64,000 nt of DNA from Candidatus Lustribacter sp. (GTDB taxonomy: Bacteria > Vulcanimicrobiota > Vulcanimicrobiia > Vulcanimicrobiales > Vulcanimicrobiaceae), in NCBI GenBank assembly GCA_965277805.1, contig OZ255842.1, positions 5,344,001-5,408,000 of the forward strand. Reading direction: 5' to 3'. Position 1 is the stretch's first letter. Each line of letters begins with the position of its first letter. The notes under the pieces were generated by a model. The model did not search any database. It had not been told where the DNA came from and worked only from the letters and a program-made list of their open reading frames with translations. This document shows positions 18,183 to 27,401 of the stretch, in pieces. The position numbers were made by a program, and so were the translations under genes.

Positions 18183-19540
18183 CCTCCGGAGAAACCACCG
18201 AAACCACGCCCCGCGTCACGATGGAAGAAGTCACCGCGCTCGCTAAACGCCGCGGTTTCATTTTCCAATCGAGCGAGATCTACGGCGGCATCGGCGGCTT
18301 CTTCGACTACGGCCCGCTCGGCGCGATCCTCAAGCGCAACGTCAAGGACGCGTGGTGGCGTGAGACGGTGGAACTGCGCGACGACGTCGTGGCGTTCGAC
18401 TCATCGATCATCATGCACCCGCAGACGTGGGTTGCCTCGGGCCACGTGGCGGCCTTTCACGATAAGCTCGTCGACTGCAAAAACTGCAAGCACCGGTTTC
18501 GCGCCGATCACATTGCCTCGCTCGACAAGTGTCCCGACTGCGGGATGAGCGGCACGCTGACCGAGCCGCGCAACTTCAACTTGATGATGAAGACCGCGAT
18601 CGGTCCGATGGAAGATTCGGCGTCGCAAGCGTACCTGCGGCCGGAAACGGCTCAGGGCATCTTCGTCAACTTCAAGAACATCTATCAGAGCGCGCGTAAA
18701 CGCCCGCCGTTCGGTATCGCGCAGATCGGCAAGTCGTTCCGCAACGAGATCACGCCGGGCAACTTCACCTTTCGCGTGCGCGAGTTCGAGCAGGCGGAGC
18801 TGGAGTATTTCGTGCCCGACGACGGCAACGACGTCGCGGTCTACGAGATGTGGGTCGCCGCGCGCAAGAAGTGGTACAGCGACTACGGCGTGCGCGCCGA
18901 CCGCCTGCGTTTCTACGAGCTAACGCCGCAAGAGCGGCCGCACTACGCCAAGGCCGGAACCGACGTCGAATACCTCTTCCCGTGGGGCTGGGGCGAACTT
19001 GAATCGATCGCGCACCGAGGCACCTACGACCTCGACGCGCACATGAAGCTTTCGGGTAAAGACCTGACCTACTTCGATGAAGCCTCGAAGACCAAGTACA
19101 CGCCGATCCTCATCGAAAGTTCGGCCGGCATGGACCGCACGACGCTCACGATGCTGATCGACGCCTACGAGAACGAGACGACGGTCGATCCCGAGAGCGG
19201 CAAAGAGACGAAGCGCGTCGTGCTGCGGTTCCATCCGAAGATCGCGCCGGTTCAGGTCGGCGTCTTTCCGCTCGCGCGGAACAAACCCGAACTGGTCGAG
19301 CGCGCGCAGCGCATCGAGCGCGGGTTACGGCCGTTCTTCCGCACGCAGTACGACGAAGGAAATGTCGGCCAGCTCTATCGCCGTCAGGATGAAATCGGTA
19401 CGCCGGCGTGCATCATGGTCGACTATGACACGCTCGCCGACGGGTCGGTGACCGTGCGCGACCGCGACACCATGCGCCAAGACCGGCTGGCCGAAGACAA
19501 GCTGGCCGGCTATCTCGCCGACCGTCTCGGGCTCCCGTAA
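18179..19540 (+). CDS. glyQS: Glycine--tRNA ligase, alpha2 type
   Basis: KRRGFIFQSSEIYGG, YLRPETAQGIF, GKSFRNEITPGNF.FR.REFEQ, YRRQDEIGTP. Confidence 0.96.
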   Translation: MTSGETTETTPRVTMEEVTALAKRRGFIFQSSEIYGGIGGFFDYGPLGAILKRNVKDAWWRETVELRDDVVAFDSSIIMHPQTWVASGHVAAFHDKLVDCKNCKHRFRADHIASLDKCPDCGMSGTLTEPRNFNLMMKTAIGPMEDSASQAYLRPETAQGIFVNFKNIYQSARKRPPFGIAQIGKSFRNEITPGNFTFRVREFEQAELEYFVPDDGNDVAVYEMWVAARKKWYSDYGVRADRLRFYELTPQERPHYAKAGTDVEYLFPWGWGELESIAHRGTYDLDAHMKLSGKDLTYFDEASKTKYTPILIESSAGMDRTTLTMLIDAYENETTVDPESGKETKRVVLRFHPKIAPVQVGVFPLARNKPELVERAQRIERGLRPFFRTQYDEGNVGQLYRRQDEIGTPACIMVDYDTLADGSVTVRDRDTMRQDRLAEDKLAGYLADRLGLP

Positions 19541-19580
19541 GGCCGAAGGTTTCGGCCGCCGCGAGAGCACAATTGCCGAT

Positions 19581-19919
19581 ATGATCATGCGGCTTTGCGG
19601 CTTTCTCGCCGCTCTCGGACTCATTTCCAGCGTGACCGTTGCGTCGGCCCAGCCGGCGGCAATGAAGATGCCCAAAAAAGTCACCGCGTTCTACATGTGC
19701 AGCGGGCTGCACCAGAAAGCGATTTACGACAACGTAAAAAATCGCGTGTCGTTCGTGTGGGGCGCAAAAGACTACCATCTGCCGCGCGTTCCGTCGGCCG
19801 ACGGTTCACGCTACGCGGGCAACGGCCTCGAGTGGTGGTCGAAGGGCCCCAACGTCACCCTCTCAACCCTCCCCGAACACAACGTCCTCGCCACCTGCAC
19901 CCCCGGTAAGCGCTTCTAA
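19581..19919 (+). CDS. MliC/PliC-family lysozyme inhibitor-like exported protein
   Basis: Signal peptide; Y.C...LPRVPSADGSRY...WWSKG...C. Confidence 0.8.
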   Translation: MIMRLCGFLAALGLISSVTVASAQPAAMKMPKKVTAFYMCSGLHQKAIYDNVKNRVSFVWGAKDYHLPRVPSADGSRYAGNGLEWWSKGPNVTLSTLPEHNVLATCTPGKRF

Positions 19920-19930
19920 CTTTTCCCCAC

Positions 19931-20117
19931 TGTCATCCCGAGCGAGCGCCGTAGGGCGCGTAGACGAGGGACCAGTGATAATCCTCAATATCGGCCGGGG
20001 CAATTCCCCGAACGTGGGTACTTTGGCGTGCACGTTGGTGGAGTTGCCCTGACTGACGTTCCGGAGTTTCTCTCGTCCCTCGTCTACGCGCCCTACGGCG
20101 CTCCGCTCGGGATGACA
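19931..20117. repeat. REP/REPIN-like inverted-repeat element, copy A (187 bp)
   Basis: 42-43 bp terminal inverted arms TGTCATCCCGAGCG(G)AGCGCCGTAGGGCGCGTAGACGAGGGAC, between convergent genes; homologous to 35433-35641. Confidence 0.9.
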
Positions 20118-20125
20118 AATTGTTT

Positions 20126-21346
20126 TTAGGCGAGGGTGGCGGCTATTGTTGAGCGGAGGCGTTGGACGGCGTCGCGGATTTCTTCTTGCGTGATGATGAG
20201 CGGGGGGATGAAGCGTAGCGTGTTGCGGCCGGCGGCGTTGATGATCAGGCCGAAGTCGAGGCCGTGCGGCACGAACTCCGCGGCCTTGCGCGGCTCGCGC
20301 ACGGGCAGGCCCAGCATCAAGCCGTGACCGCGCGGCGGCTCGAAGACGTCGGGCCACTGATGCGCGATCGAGCGCAGCTCGTTCCGCAAGAGGGCGCCGA
20401 CGGTTTCGACGTGCGTGTCGAGATCGAGCACGTCGCGGATGGCCAGGTGCTCGAGCGCTGCCGCGGCGGGCACCGGCGAGCCGCCGAAGGTCGTGCCGTG
20501 ATCGCCGGGCTTGAGGCTCGTGGCGGCATCTCCGCGCACGAGCAGCGCGCCGATCGGCAGACCGTTGGCGAGCGACTTCGCGAGCGTGAACGCGTCCGGC
20601 TGCACTTCGTAAAGCTGCGAGGCGAACAGACGCCCGAGGCGTCCCATGCCGACTTGCACTTCATCGAAGATCAATAGCGCGCCGCGTTGCGTGCAGAAGT
20701 CGCGGGCGGCGGCCAGAAATTCCGGAGTCGCGGGCAGCACGCCGCTTTCACCCTGCACCGGCTCGACGATGAACGCGGCGGTGCGGTCGTCGATCCCCTT
20801 CGAAAGCGCGTCGATGTCGTTGAACGGCGTGAATGCGAAGCCTTCCGGTAACGGCGCGAAGCCTTCTTTGTAGGCCGGCGCGTCGGTGGCAGCGAGCGCG
20901 CCCATCGTGCGGCCGTGGAACGAATCGTTGCAGGCGAGAATCGTCGTGCGCTCTTTTTCGCCCTTGCGCCAAGCGAACTTCCGAGCGAGCTTGATCGCGG
21001 CTTCGTTTGCTTCGGTGCCGGAATTGCAGAAGAAGACCGTATCGAAACCGGACAATTCGGCCAAACGGTCGGCCAGGATGCCGGCCGGTTCGTGGTGGTA
21101 GAGGTTGCTGCAGTGCACGAGCGTCGCCGCCTGATCGGCGACGGCACGCGTGATGCGCGGATGCGCGTGCCCGAGCGCGACGACCGCGAGACCGGCGACC
21201 ATGTCGATGTAGCGGTTGCCCGATTCATCGAAGAGATACACGCCCTCGCCGCGCACGATGTTGATCTCTTGGCGCGCGTAGTTCGCCATGAGATGCGGAT
21301 GCCGCGTCATGATCCGTGCGCCGTGTTGAACTGCGGGAGAAGTCAT
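20126..21346 (-). CDS. argD: Acetylornithine aminotransferase
   Basis: FFCNSGTEANEAAIK, SFHGRT, EPVQGESG, FDEVQVGMGRLG, TLAKSLANG; last gene of the arg operon. Confidence 0.93.
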   Translation of the reverse strand: MTSPAVQHGARIMTRHPHLMANYARQEINIVRGEGVYLFDESGNRYIDMVAGLAVVALGHAHPRITRAVADQAATLVHCSNLYHHEPAGILADRLAELSGFDTVFFCNSGTEANEAAIKLARKFAWRKGEKERTTILACNDSFHGRTMGALAATDAPAYKEGFAPLPEGFAFTPFNDIDALSKGIDDRTAAFIVEPVQGESGVLPATPEFLAAARDFCTQRGALLIFDEVQVGMGRLGRLFASQLYEVQPDAFTLAKSLANGLPIGALLVRGDAATSLKPGDHGTTFGGSPVPAAAALEHLAIRDVLDLDTHVETVGALLRNELRSIAHQWPDVFEPPRGHGLMLGLPVREPRKAAEFVPHGLDFGLIINAAGRNTLRFIPPLIITQEEIRDAVQRLRSTIAATLA

Positions 21347-21359
21347 ACTCTTGTGGCGG

Positions 21360-21383
21360 TCCCTCGACAAGCTCGGGATGACA
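21360..21383 (-). repeat. Solo short REP unit of the same family
   Basis: Minus strand TGTCATCCCGAGC-TTGT-CGAGGGA shares both ends with the arms of copies A and B. Confidence 0.75.
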
Positions 21384-21388
21384 TTGTA

Positions 21389-22609
21389 CTAGGTGCGGTA
21401 ATGTGCGTTAATCCTGACGTAGTCGGTGGAGAAGTCGCAGCCCCAGCCGGTGGCGCAGGCCTCGCCCATGCCGAGGTCGAGCGTGATCTCGATCGTCTGC
21501 TCCTCGAGCAGCAAGTGCGCTTCGGCTTCGCTCAACGCTTCGATCGCGCCGACTTCGACCCACGACTGTCCGCCGAGTTTGAGCGACCACTTCTCCGGAT
21601 CGAGTCCCGCGCGCGCCGCACCGGCCGAAGCGATGATGCGGCCCCAGTTCGGGTCTTCGCCGTAGAGCGCGGTCTTCACGAGCGAGCTGTTGATCACCAT
21701 GCGCGCGATCGTCCGCGCCTGGACTTCGTCCTTGGCGCCGGTGACGTTGAACACGAGCGTCTTGGTCGCGCCTTCGCCGTCGCGCACCATCGCCACGGCG
21801 AGGTCGCGGCACAGCGCGGAGAGTGCGGCGCGGAAGCCCGGCGTTGCGCCGTCGGTGCCGGGACGCGCGAACGCGTAGCACGAGTCGTTGGTCGACATGT
21901 CGCCGTCGACCGAGATCATGTTGAAGCTGCCGTCGACCGCTTCGCGCAGCGCATCTTGCAGGCCGGCGCGTGACATCGGCGCGTCGGTGACGACGAACGA
22001 CAGCATCGTCGCCATCGAGGGGCTGATCATGCCCGAGCCCTTGGCGATGCCGCCGACGACGTAGCGGTGTTCGCCCTCGTGCCACGCATACGCGGCCATC
22101 TTCGGCACGTGATCGGTCGTCATGATTGCTTCGGCCGCTTCGAAGCACGCCTCGGGCCCGTGCGAGAGCGCTTTCACCGCGCGTTCGAGACCCTTGGAGA
22201 GCCGGTCCATCGGTAGATACACGCCGATGACGCCGGTCGATGCGACGACGACTTGAGTCGGGCGCAGACCGAGCAGCGTTGCGGCTTGGCGCGCGGTGGC
22301 GCGCGCATCGCGCAACCCGCGCTCGCCGGTGCACGCGTTCGCGCAGCCGGCGTTGACGACGATCGCGCACATCTGCTCGCCGTCGAATTCGAGATGGCTG
22401 GTCGAAGCGATCAACGGCGCAGCTTTGATCTCGTTGGTCGTCACGACCTCCGCGCACACGTGCGGAACCTCGAGCGCGATCAACGCGAGATCGGTCTTGC
22501 GCTTCTTGATTCCGGCATGAACGCCGGCCAGACGGACGCCCGGCACGGCACCGAGTCCACCCCGGACCTCGATGAGCCGGATCGATTCAGCCGACAGCGG
22601 TGCGAGCAT
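21389..22609 (-). CDS. argJ: Glutamate N-acetyltransferase / ornithine acetyltransferase
   Basis: NAGCANACTG, STGVIG, IMTTD, GIAKGSGMI.PSMATML, VDGDMSTND, NWGRI. Alternative GTG start at 22618. Confidence 0.95.
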   Translation of the reverse strand: MLAPLSAESIRLIEVRGGLGAVPGVRLAGVHAGIKKRKTDLALIALEVPHVCAEVVTTNEIKAAPLIASTSHLEFDGEQMCAIVVNAGCANACTGERGLRDARATARQAATLLGLRPTQVVVASTGVIGVYLPMDRLSKGLERAVKALSHGPEACFEAAEAIMTTDHVPKMAAYAWHEGEHRYVVGGIAKGSGMISPSMATMLSFVVTDAPMSRAGLQDALREAVDGSFNMISVDGDMSTNDSCYAFARPGTDGATPGFRAALSALCRDLAVAMVRDGEGATKTLVFNVTGAKDEVQARTIARMVINSSLVKTALYGEDPNWGRIIASAGAARAGLDPEKWSLKLGGQSWVEVGAIEALSEAEAHLLLEEQTIEITLDLGMGEACATGWGCDFSTDYVRINAHYRT

Positions 22610-23567
22610 CGAGTCCACGTTCCTCCGGGAGTCCCAGCATGATGTTCATGTTCTGCACGGCTTGTCCGGCCGCGCCTTTGCCCAGGTTGTCGAGCGCGGA
22701 GAGGATGTGAATCACCCCGTCACGCTGCGTGACCTTGAGCTGTGCGTTATTGGTTTTCTCGACGGCCGGCAGATGCGGCACGCGCTTGTCGGTGAACACC
22801 GTGACGAACGGGTTGTTCGCGTAGAAACGCAGGTACAGTGCTTCGACCTCGTCGCGCGCGATCGGCGCGCGCGGCACCAGGTACACGTCGGCCAAGATCC
22901 CGCGGCGCAGCGGTACGACGTGCGGCGAGAAGACGATCGGCGCATCGATGCCCGCGGCGCGCGCTTCCTGCGCGATCTCGGGTTGATGCCGATGGCCTTC
23001 GAGACCGTAGGGGTAGACGTCTTCGGCGACTTCGGCAAACAGGGTTTGCACTTTGGGATTGCGGCCGGCACCGGTGACGCCGCTCTTCGCATCGATGATG
23101 ACGGTGGCGATGCGATCGCCCAGCGACCCGAGCGGAATCAGCGCCAGCAGCGAGGCGGTGACGTAACAGCCGGGATTCGCGATGAACGAGCTCTTCGCGA
23201 TCGCGTCGCGATAGCGCTCGGGCAAGCCGTAGACCGCGCCTTCGGATTTGTCCGCGAGCCGGTAGGCGTCGGAAAGGTCGATCACGCGCGCACCGGCCGC
23301 GAGCAGCGCGGGCGCGTGCTCGTGGGCAACTTCGTGATTGCCGGCCAGAAAAACGATGTCGCCCGGGCGCACGCGCTCGCGCACGGCACCGGTCGGCGAG
23401 CAGACGAGTTCGTTCACCGGCAGCGACGGGAACAGATCGCACATGCGCGCGCCGGCGGAGCTGCTGCTCTCGACCGTCGCGATCGTGACGTCGGGATGCA
23501 CGGCGAGCAGGCGGATCAGCTCGGCGGCGGCATAGCCGCTCGCGCCGACGATGTGGACGGTCGTCAT
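22587..23567 (-). CDS. argC: N-acetyl-gamma-glutamyl-phosphate reductase
   Basis: IVGASGY, IDLSDAYR, IANPGCY, SGVTGAGR, HRHQPEI, DNLGKGAAGQAVQNMN. Confidence 0.95.
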   Translation of the reverse strand: MTTVHIVGASGYAAAELIRLLAVHPDVTIATVESSSSAGARMCDLFPSLPVNELVCSPTGAVRERVRPGDIVFLAGNHEVAHEHAPALLAAGARVIDLSDAYRLADKSEGAVYGLPERYRDAIAKSSFIANPGCYVTASLLALIPLGSLGDRIATVIIDAKSGVTGAGRNPKVQTLFAEVAEDVYPYGLEGHRHQPEIAQEARAAGIDAPIVFSPHVVPLRRGILADVYLVPRAPIARDEVEALYLRFYANNPFVTVFTDKRVPHLPAVEKTNNAQLKVTQRDGVIHILSALDNLGKGAAGQAVQNMNIMLGLPEERGLDARTAVG

Positions 23568-24973
23568 GCCAGGCCCTTCGCGATCGTGTCGATCTCGCGC
23601 TGCGTCGAGGCGATAGAGATCGCGACCATATCGGGATTGGGCGAGCCGCTGGTGCGCTTCGCCCGGATCGATGCCGCACCGTCGAGCGGCGCTTCGGCCA
23701 CGCCGATCGCCTCGATGTCGCCGTCGTCGAGCGCGCGGCCCTGCCGTTCGGCCAGCAGCACGCGCTCGCCGACGGCCGCATGCGCTTCGCGCGCCGTCGC
23801 GCCGCGTGCGATCATCGCATCGGCCAGATCGGTTGCCACCGTGTAGCCCTCGGCGGCGCGCGCTTCCATCGCGTCGGCGTTAAAGTGGAGATGCGTGAAG
23901 GCGCGCGCGAAGGCGTCGAGCGCGGCCAGTGCGTGTTCGGTGCCGTGCACGATCTGGGCTTTGGTTTCTTGCAGATCGCGATGATATGAGAGGCCGATGC
24001 CGCTCGTGCTGGCGAGCGCGCCCGCATATGTGCCGAGCGTGCGCGCGGCGGCGGCCCGCACGAGTTCGAACGGATCCGGGTTTTTCTTCTGCGGCATCAG
24101 GCTCGAACCGGTTGCGGCGGCGTCGCCGAGCCGGGCGTAACCGAACGCCGGTGTCGTCCACAGCACGAATTCTTCGCTCGGTCGCGACGCCGCAACCACC
24201 GCGCGCGCGGCGGCGTGCAGCAGGTCGAGCGCGACGTCGCGATCGCCGACCGTATCGAGCGCGTTGCGCGAGGGTTCGCCGAAGCCGAGTTCGCGCGCGG
24301 CCGCAACGCGGTCGAGCGGCAACGACGAGCCGGCGAGTGCCGACGAGCCGAGCGGGCAGAAGCGCGCGGCGTCGCTCGCGACGCGCGCAAAACGGGTCGC
24401 GGCGCGCACGAAACCTTGCGCGGCGGCGTCGAGCCAGAACGCGAGCGAGACGGGTTGCGCGGGCTGCCAGTGCGTGGTGGCGGCGAGCAGCGTGCCGTCC
24501 TCCAGCGCGCCGAGCGCGCGTTCCTCGAGCGCGGCTGCGATGCCCAGTGCCAGCTGCGCACCCTTGGCGGCGCGGTCGCGCGCGTAGAGCAGCAACGTCG
24601 TTGCAACTTGATCGTTCCGGCTGCGTCCGGCATGTAAGGATGCCCCGGCTTCGGGCGCGAGTTCCCGCACCCGCGCGTCGATCGCGCCGTGAATGTCTTC
24701 GAACGTGCCGGCGCGCGCGAACGCGATCAGCGTGCCGTCGGCGATTTCGTCGGCGACGACGTCGAGGGCTGCGTGCAACTCGCCCGCCGCGACGCCGGTG
24801 AGCAAGCCGCCGCCTTCGAGCGCGGTGACGTGCGCGCGCGAACAGCGCACGTCGAACGGCGCCAGGACCAAATCGTCTTCGAGCGAGGAGCCGAAGGCGA
24901 TCAACGCGGCGTCGGGGGCAACGGCAAACCGTCCGCCCCACTGCAGCGCCGCAGCTTCACCCGTCGTAGCCAT
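23564..24973 (-). CDS. argH: Argininosuccinate lyase
   Basis: WGGRF, FEDIH, LHAGRSRNDQV, TH.QPAQP, GSSLMPQKKNPD, YHRDLQE. Confidence 0.94.
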   Translation of the reverse strand: MATTGEAAALQWGGRFAVAPDAALIAFGSSLEDDLVLAPFDVRCSRAHVTALEGGGLLTGVAAGELHAALDVVADEIADGTLIAFARAGTFEDIHGAIDARVRELAPEAGASLHAGRSRNDQVATTLLLYARDRAAKGAQLALGIAAALEERALGALEDGTLLAATTHWQPAQPVSLAFWLDAAAQGFVRAATRFARVASDAARFCPLGSSALAGSSLPLDRVAAARELGFGEPSRNALDTVGDRDVALDLLHAAARAVVAASRPSEEFVLWTTPAFGYARLGDAAATGSSLMPQKKNPDPFELVRAAAARTLGTYAGALASTSGIGLSYHRDLQETKAQIVHGTEHALAALDAFARAFTHLHFNADAMEARAAEGYTVATDLADAMIARGATAREAHAAVGERVLLAERQGRALDDGDIEAIGVAEAPLDGAASIRAKRTSGSPNPDMVAISIASTQREIDTIAKGLA

Positions 24974-25464
24974 TACGTGCCGGCGCGCATGTCTTCGAAG
25001 CGCTGCATGACCATGGTCAGCTTCTCGGGATCGTCGATGATCACGAGAACCGTATCGTCGCCGCCGAGCGTGCCGAGAATTTCCGGCCAGTCGGCCCCGT
25101 CGATCGCCGCGGAAACCATCATCGCGCTGCCGGGCGGGGTGCGCAAGACGATCTGATTCACGCTGCCGCGCACGCTGCCGACCAGCTCGGCGATGATGCG
25201 GTGCAGGCGTGAGGAGAACATCGGTCCGACGTTCGGCTCGATGTACTTGAACTGGTTGCCGCCGCCGCCCTTGAGCGGCACCTTCATCAGGCCGAGTTCC
25301 TTGATGTCGCGTGAAATCGTCGCCTGCGTGACCTCGTAGCCTTGCGCTTCGAGCAGCGCTACGAGTTCTTCTTGCGAGCGTACGGGCCGCGCGGCGATCA
25401 GCGCGAGGATCGCGCGCTGGCGCTTCGTTTTTGGTTGGAGCAGATTCGCGTCGACGACGTTCAC
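24973..25464 (-). CDS. argR: Arginine repressor
   Basis: RQRAI..LI....SQEEL...VTQATISRDIKEL, GTLGGDDT. GTG start overlaps the argF TGA. Confidence 0.94.
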   Translation of the reverse strand: MNVVDANLLQPKTKRQRAILALIAARPVRSQEELVALLEAQGYEVTQATISRDIKELGLMKVPLKGGGGNQFKYIEPNVGPMFSSRLHRIIAELVGSVRGSVNQIVLRTPPGSAMMVSAAIDGADWPEILGTLGGDDTVLVIIDDPEKLTMVMQRFEDMRAGT

Positions 25465-26435
25465 AGATCTTCTCCTAATCCGCGCAAGTCGGTCATCAGT
25501 GCGAGCAGCAGCGCCTTCTGCGCGTGCATCCGGTTTTCGGCCTGGTCGAACACGACGCTTTGCGGCCCGTCGATCACGCCGGCGGTGACTTCTTCGCCGC
25601 GATGCGCCGGGAGGCAATGCATGAAGAGCGCGTGCGGGGCCGCGGCCGCCATCAGTTCTTCGTTGACCTGATAGGCCCGCAGCGCGGCGGCGTTGCGTTC
25701 ACTGTAGGCTTCCTCGCCCATCGACGTCCACACGTCGGTGTAGACGACGTCGACGTCGCGCACGGCCCGCAGCGGGCTCGTGAACGCACGCGCGGTGACG
25801 TTGTAATTCTTGCCGAGCTCGACCACGCGCGCCAGCAGCGCATCCGGCGGGCGGTGCGTGATCGGCGACGCGAACGTGACCGACATTCCGCTCATCGCGG
25901 CGGCTTCGGCCAGCGAAAACGCCATGTTGTTCTTGCCGTCGCCTACATAGGCGAGCCGCAGCCCGTGCAGCGTGCCGAAACGTTCCTTGATCGTGAGCAT
26001 GTCGGCCAGGGCCTGACACGGGTGCGCGGCTTGCGAGAGACCGTTGATCACGGGCACGGTCGACGCGGCGGCAAAGCGCTGTAGGGGTTCGTGCTCGTGG
26101 GTGCGCACGACGATCGCGTCGGCATAGCGCGAGAGCACGCGCGCGACGTCCTCGGGCGTCTCACGCTTGCCGAGCAAGAAGTCGTGCCCGTGCGCCACGA
26201 CGGCGTGCCCGCCCAGCTGCGTCATCCCGATCTCGAACGAAACCCGCGTCCGCAGGCTCGGCTTCTCGAAGAGCATGGCCAGGCTCTTGTTCTGGAGGAA
26301 GTGCTGCTGCTCGCGGCCGGCTTCTTTGAGCGCACGGGCCGTACCGAGCAGGCTCGCCAGCTCGTCGGGGGAGAGGTCCAGCATCGTCAGCACGTTGCGC
26401 CCACGCAGGCGCCCGGCTGCAGGCATCGCTAACAT
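25461..26435 (-). CDS. argF: Ornithine carbamoyltransferase
   Basis: FEKPSLRTRVSFE, HPCQALAD, YTDVWTSMG, FMHCLPAHRG, QAENR. Confidence 0.95.
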   Translation of the reverse strand: MLAMPAAGRLRGRNVLTMLDLSPDELASLLGTARALKEAGREQQHFLQNKSLAMLFEKPSLRTRVSFEIGMTQLGGHAVVAHGHDFLLGKRETPEDVARVLSRYADAIVVRTHEHEPLQRFAAASTVPVINGLSQAAHPCQALADMLTIKERFGTLHGLRLAYVGDGKNNMAFSLAEAAAMSGMSVTFASPITHRPPDALLARVVELGKNYNVTARAFTSPLRAVRDVDVVYTDVWTSMGEEAYSERNAAALRAYQVNEELMAAAAPHALFMHCLPAHRGEEVTAGVIDGPQSVVFDQAENRMHAQKALLLALMTDLRGLGEDL

Positions 26436-26471
26436 TGCATAATTATACATCTTCTGCATATAAAGGGTCAA
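26434..26471 (-). promoter_or_regulatory. arg operon promoter with ARG box
   Basis: Minus strand TTGACC (26471-26466), 18 bp spacer, TATAAT (26447-26442). ARG-box-like TGCATAATTATACA (26436-26449) overlaps the -10. Confidence 0.8.
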
Positions 26472-26515
26472 GCCCGGCATCGGGAGACCCCGGCGGGACG
26501 GCGAAGGCCCCGGCG

Positions 26516-27400
26516 ATGGAAACGTTCGTTCCACTGATCAGCTCCCGGCGCGTCGGTCCGCTCGGCATGGCTCACTTGCCGCGATTCTGGGTGAAAATGC
26601 GCGCCCATGCCGTGGGGCTGCTCGCTGAGGGCTACCGCCACGGCTCGGGTGGCACGGATGAACATCTGCTGACGACGTTCGGGATCGACCTGGACGCGTT
26701 CACCGCCTTCATCGCGACCGCGCCCGACTATTTTCAGTGCGAGGCCTGGGTGCGCGAGAATGCCGCCGATACGTCGCCCGAGAAGATTCGCGCGTTCACC
26801 GACCATTGGCTCACGTTCGATATGCCCGAGCCGCGTCAGTCGGAATGGGCCGCGCGGTTCGGCCTCACCGCCGGCACGTACACCAAGGCGATGGCGCTCA
26901 ACGAACTCGACGACTGGGATCTCGTGCACCAACAGCTGCGCGCGCCGGATGCTCCGAAGACGCCGCTCGTGCCGGCGATCAGCAGCGCGCTAGCCGGTCC
27001 GCTCGGCGCGCTGCACGTGCCGCGCATGTGGATCAAACGTCGCGTGTACGCCGTAGGCCGGTTGCCCGAAGGTTATCGCATCGGCGCGAAGGGCTTCGAT
27101 GCGAAAGTTGCCGAGATCCTCGGGTTCGACTACGATGCGTTCGCCGCATATATCGATGCCGAAGCACCGAGCTATCTTGCCACCGAAGCGTGGCTGCGCG
27201 AGAACGCGAAAACGCTGAACGCCGAAACGATCGCCGCACTCAACAAGCACGTGCTCGCGACGAAACTGCCGGAAGCGTATGCGCCCGGCATGCGCGCGCG
27301 TTTGGGTTTACCCGATTCGTACGTCTTGAGCATTCCGATCAACGACCTCGACGATTGGTTTGAATTGCACGAAGCGCTCAAGGCCGTCGCGCCGGTTTAG
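26516..27400 (+). CDS. Protein with two tandem DUF5069-like domains
   Basis: Internal duplication: VP.ISS...GPLG..H.PR.W.K....G.L.EGY..G..G.D...P.Y...EAW.REN...N.LDDW occurs twice. Confidence 0.75.
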   Translation: METFVPLISSRRVGPLGMAHLPRFWVKMRAHAVGLLAEGYRHGSGGTDEHLLTTFGIDLDAFTAFIATAPDYFQCEAWVRENAADTSPEKIRAFTDHWLTFDMPEPRQSEWAARFGLTAGTYTKAMALNELDDWDLVHQQLRAPDAPKTPLVPAISSALAGPLGALHVPRMWIKRRVYAVGRLPEGYRIGAKGFDAKVAEILGFDYDAFAAYIDAEAPSYLATEAWLRENAKTLNAETIAALNKHVLATKLPEAYAPGMRARLGLPDSYVLSIPINDLDDWFELHEALKAVAPV

Positions 27401-27401
27401 C

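Noticed and set aside
19541-19557. GGCCGAA-GGT-TTCGGCC hairpin after glyQS considered as a terminator
   Set aside because: No U-tract follows, so its function cannot be supported from sequence alone.
19931-20117. Repeat element considered as a CRISPR array, tRNA or IS
   Set aside because: The arms are inverted rather than direct, there is no repeat-spacer periodicity or cloverleaf, and no cas or transposase gene is present. The small ORFs crossing it (19933-20118, 35432-35674) are repeat-derived.
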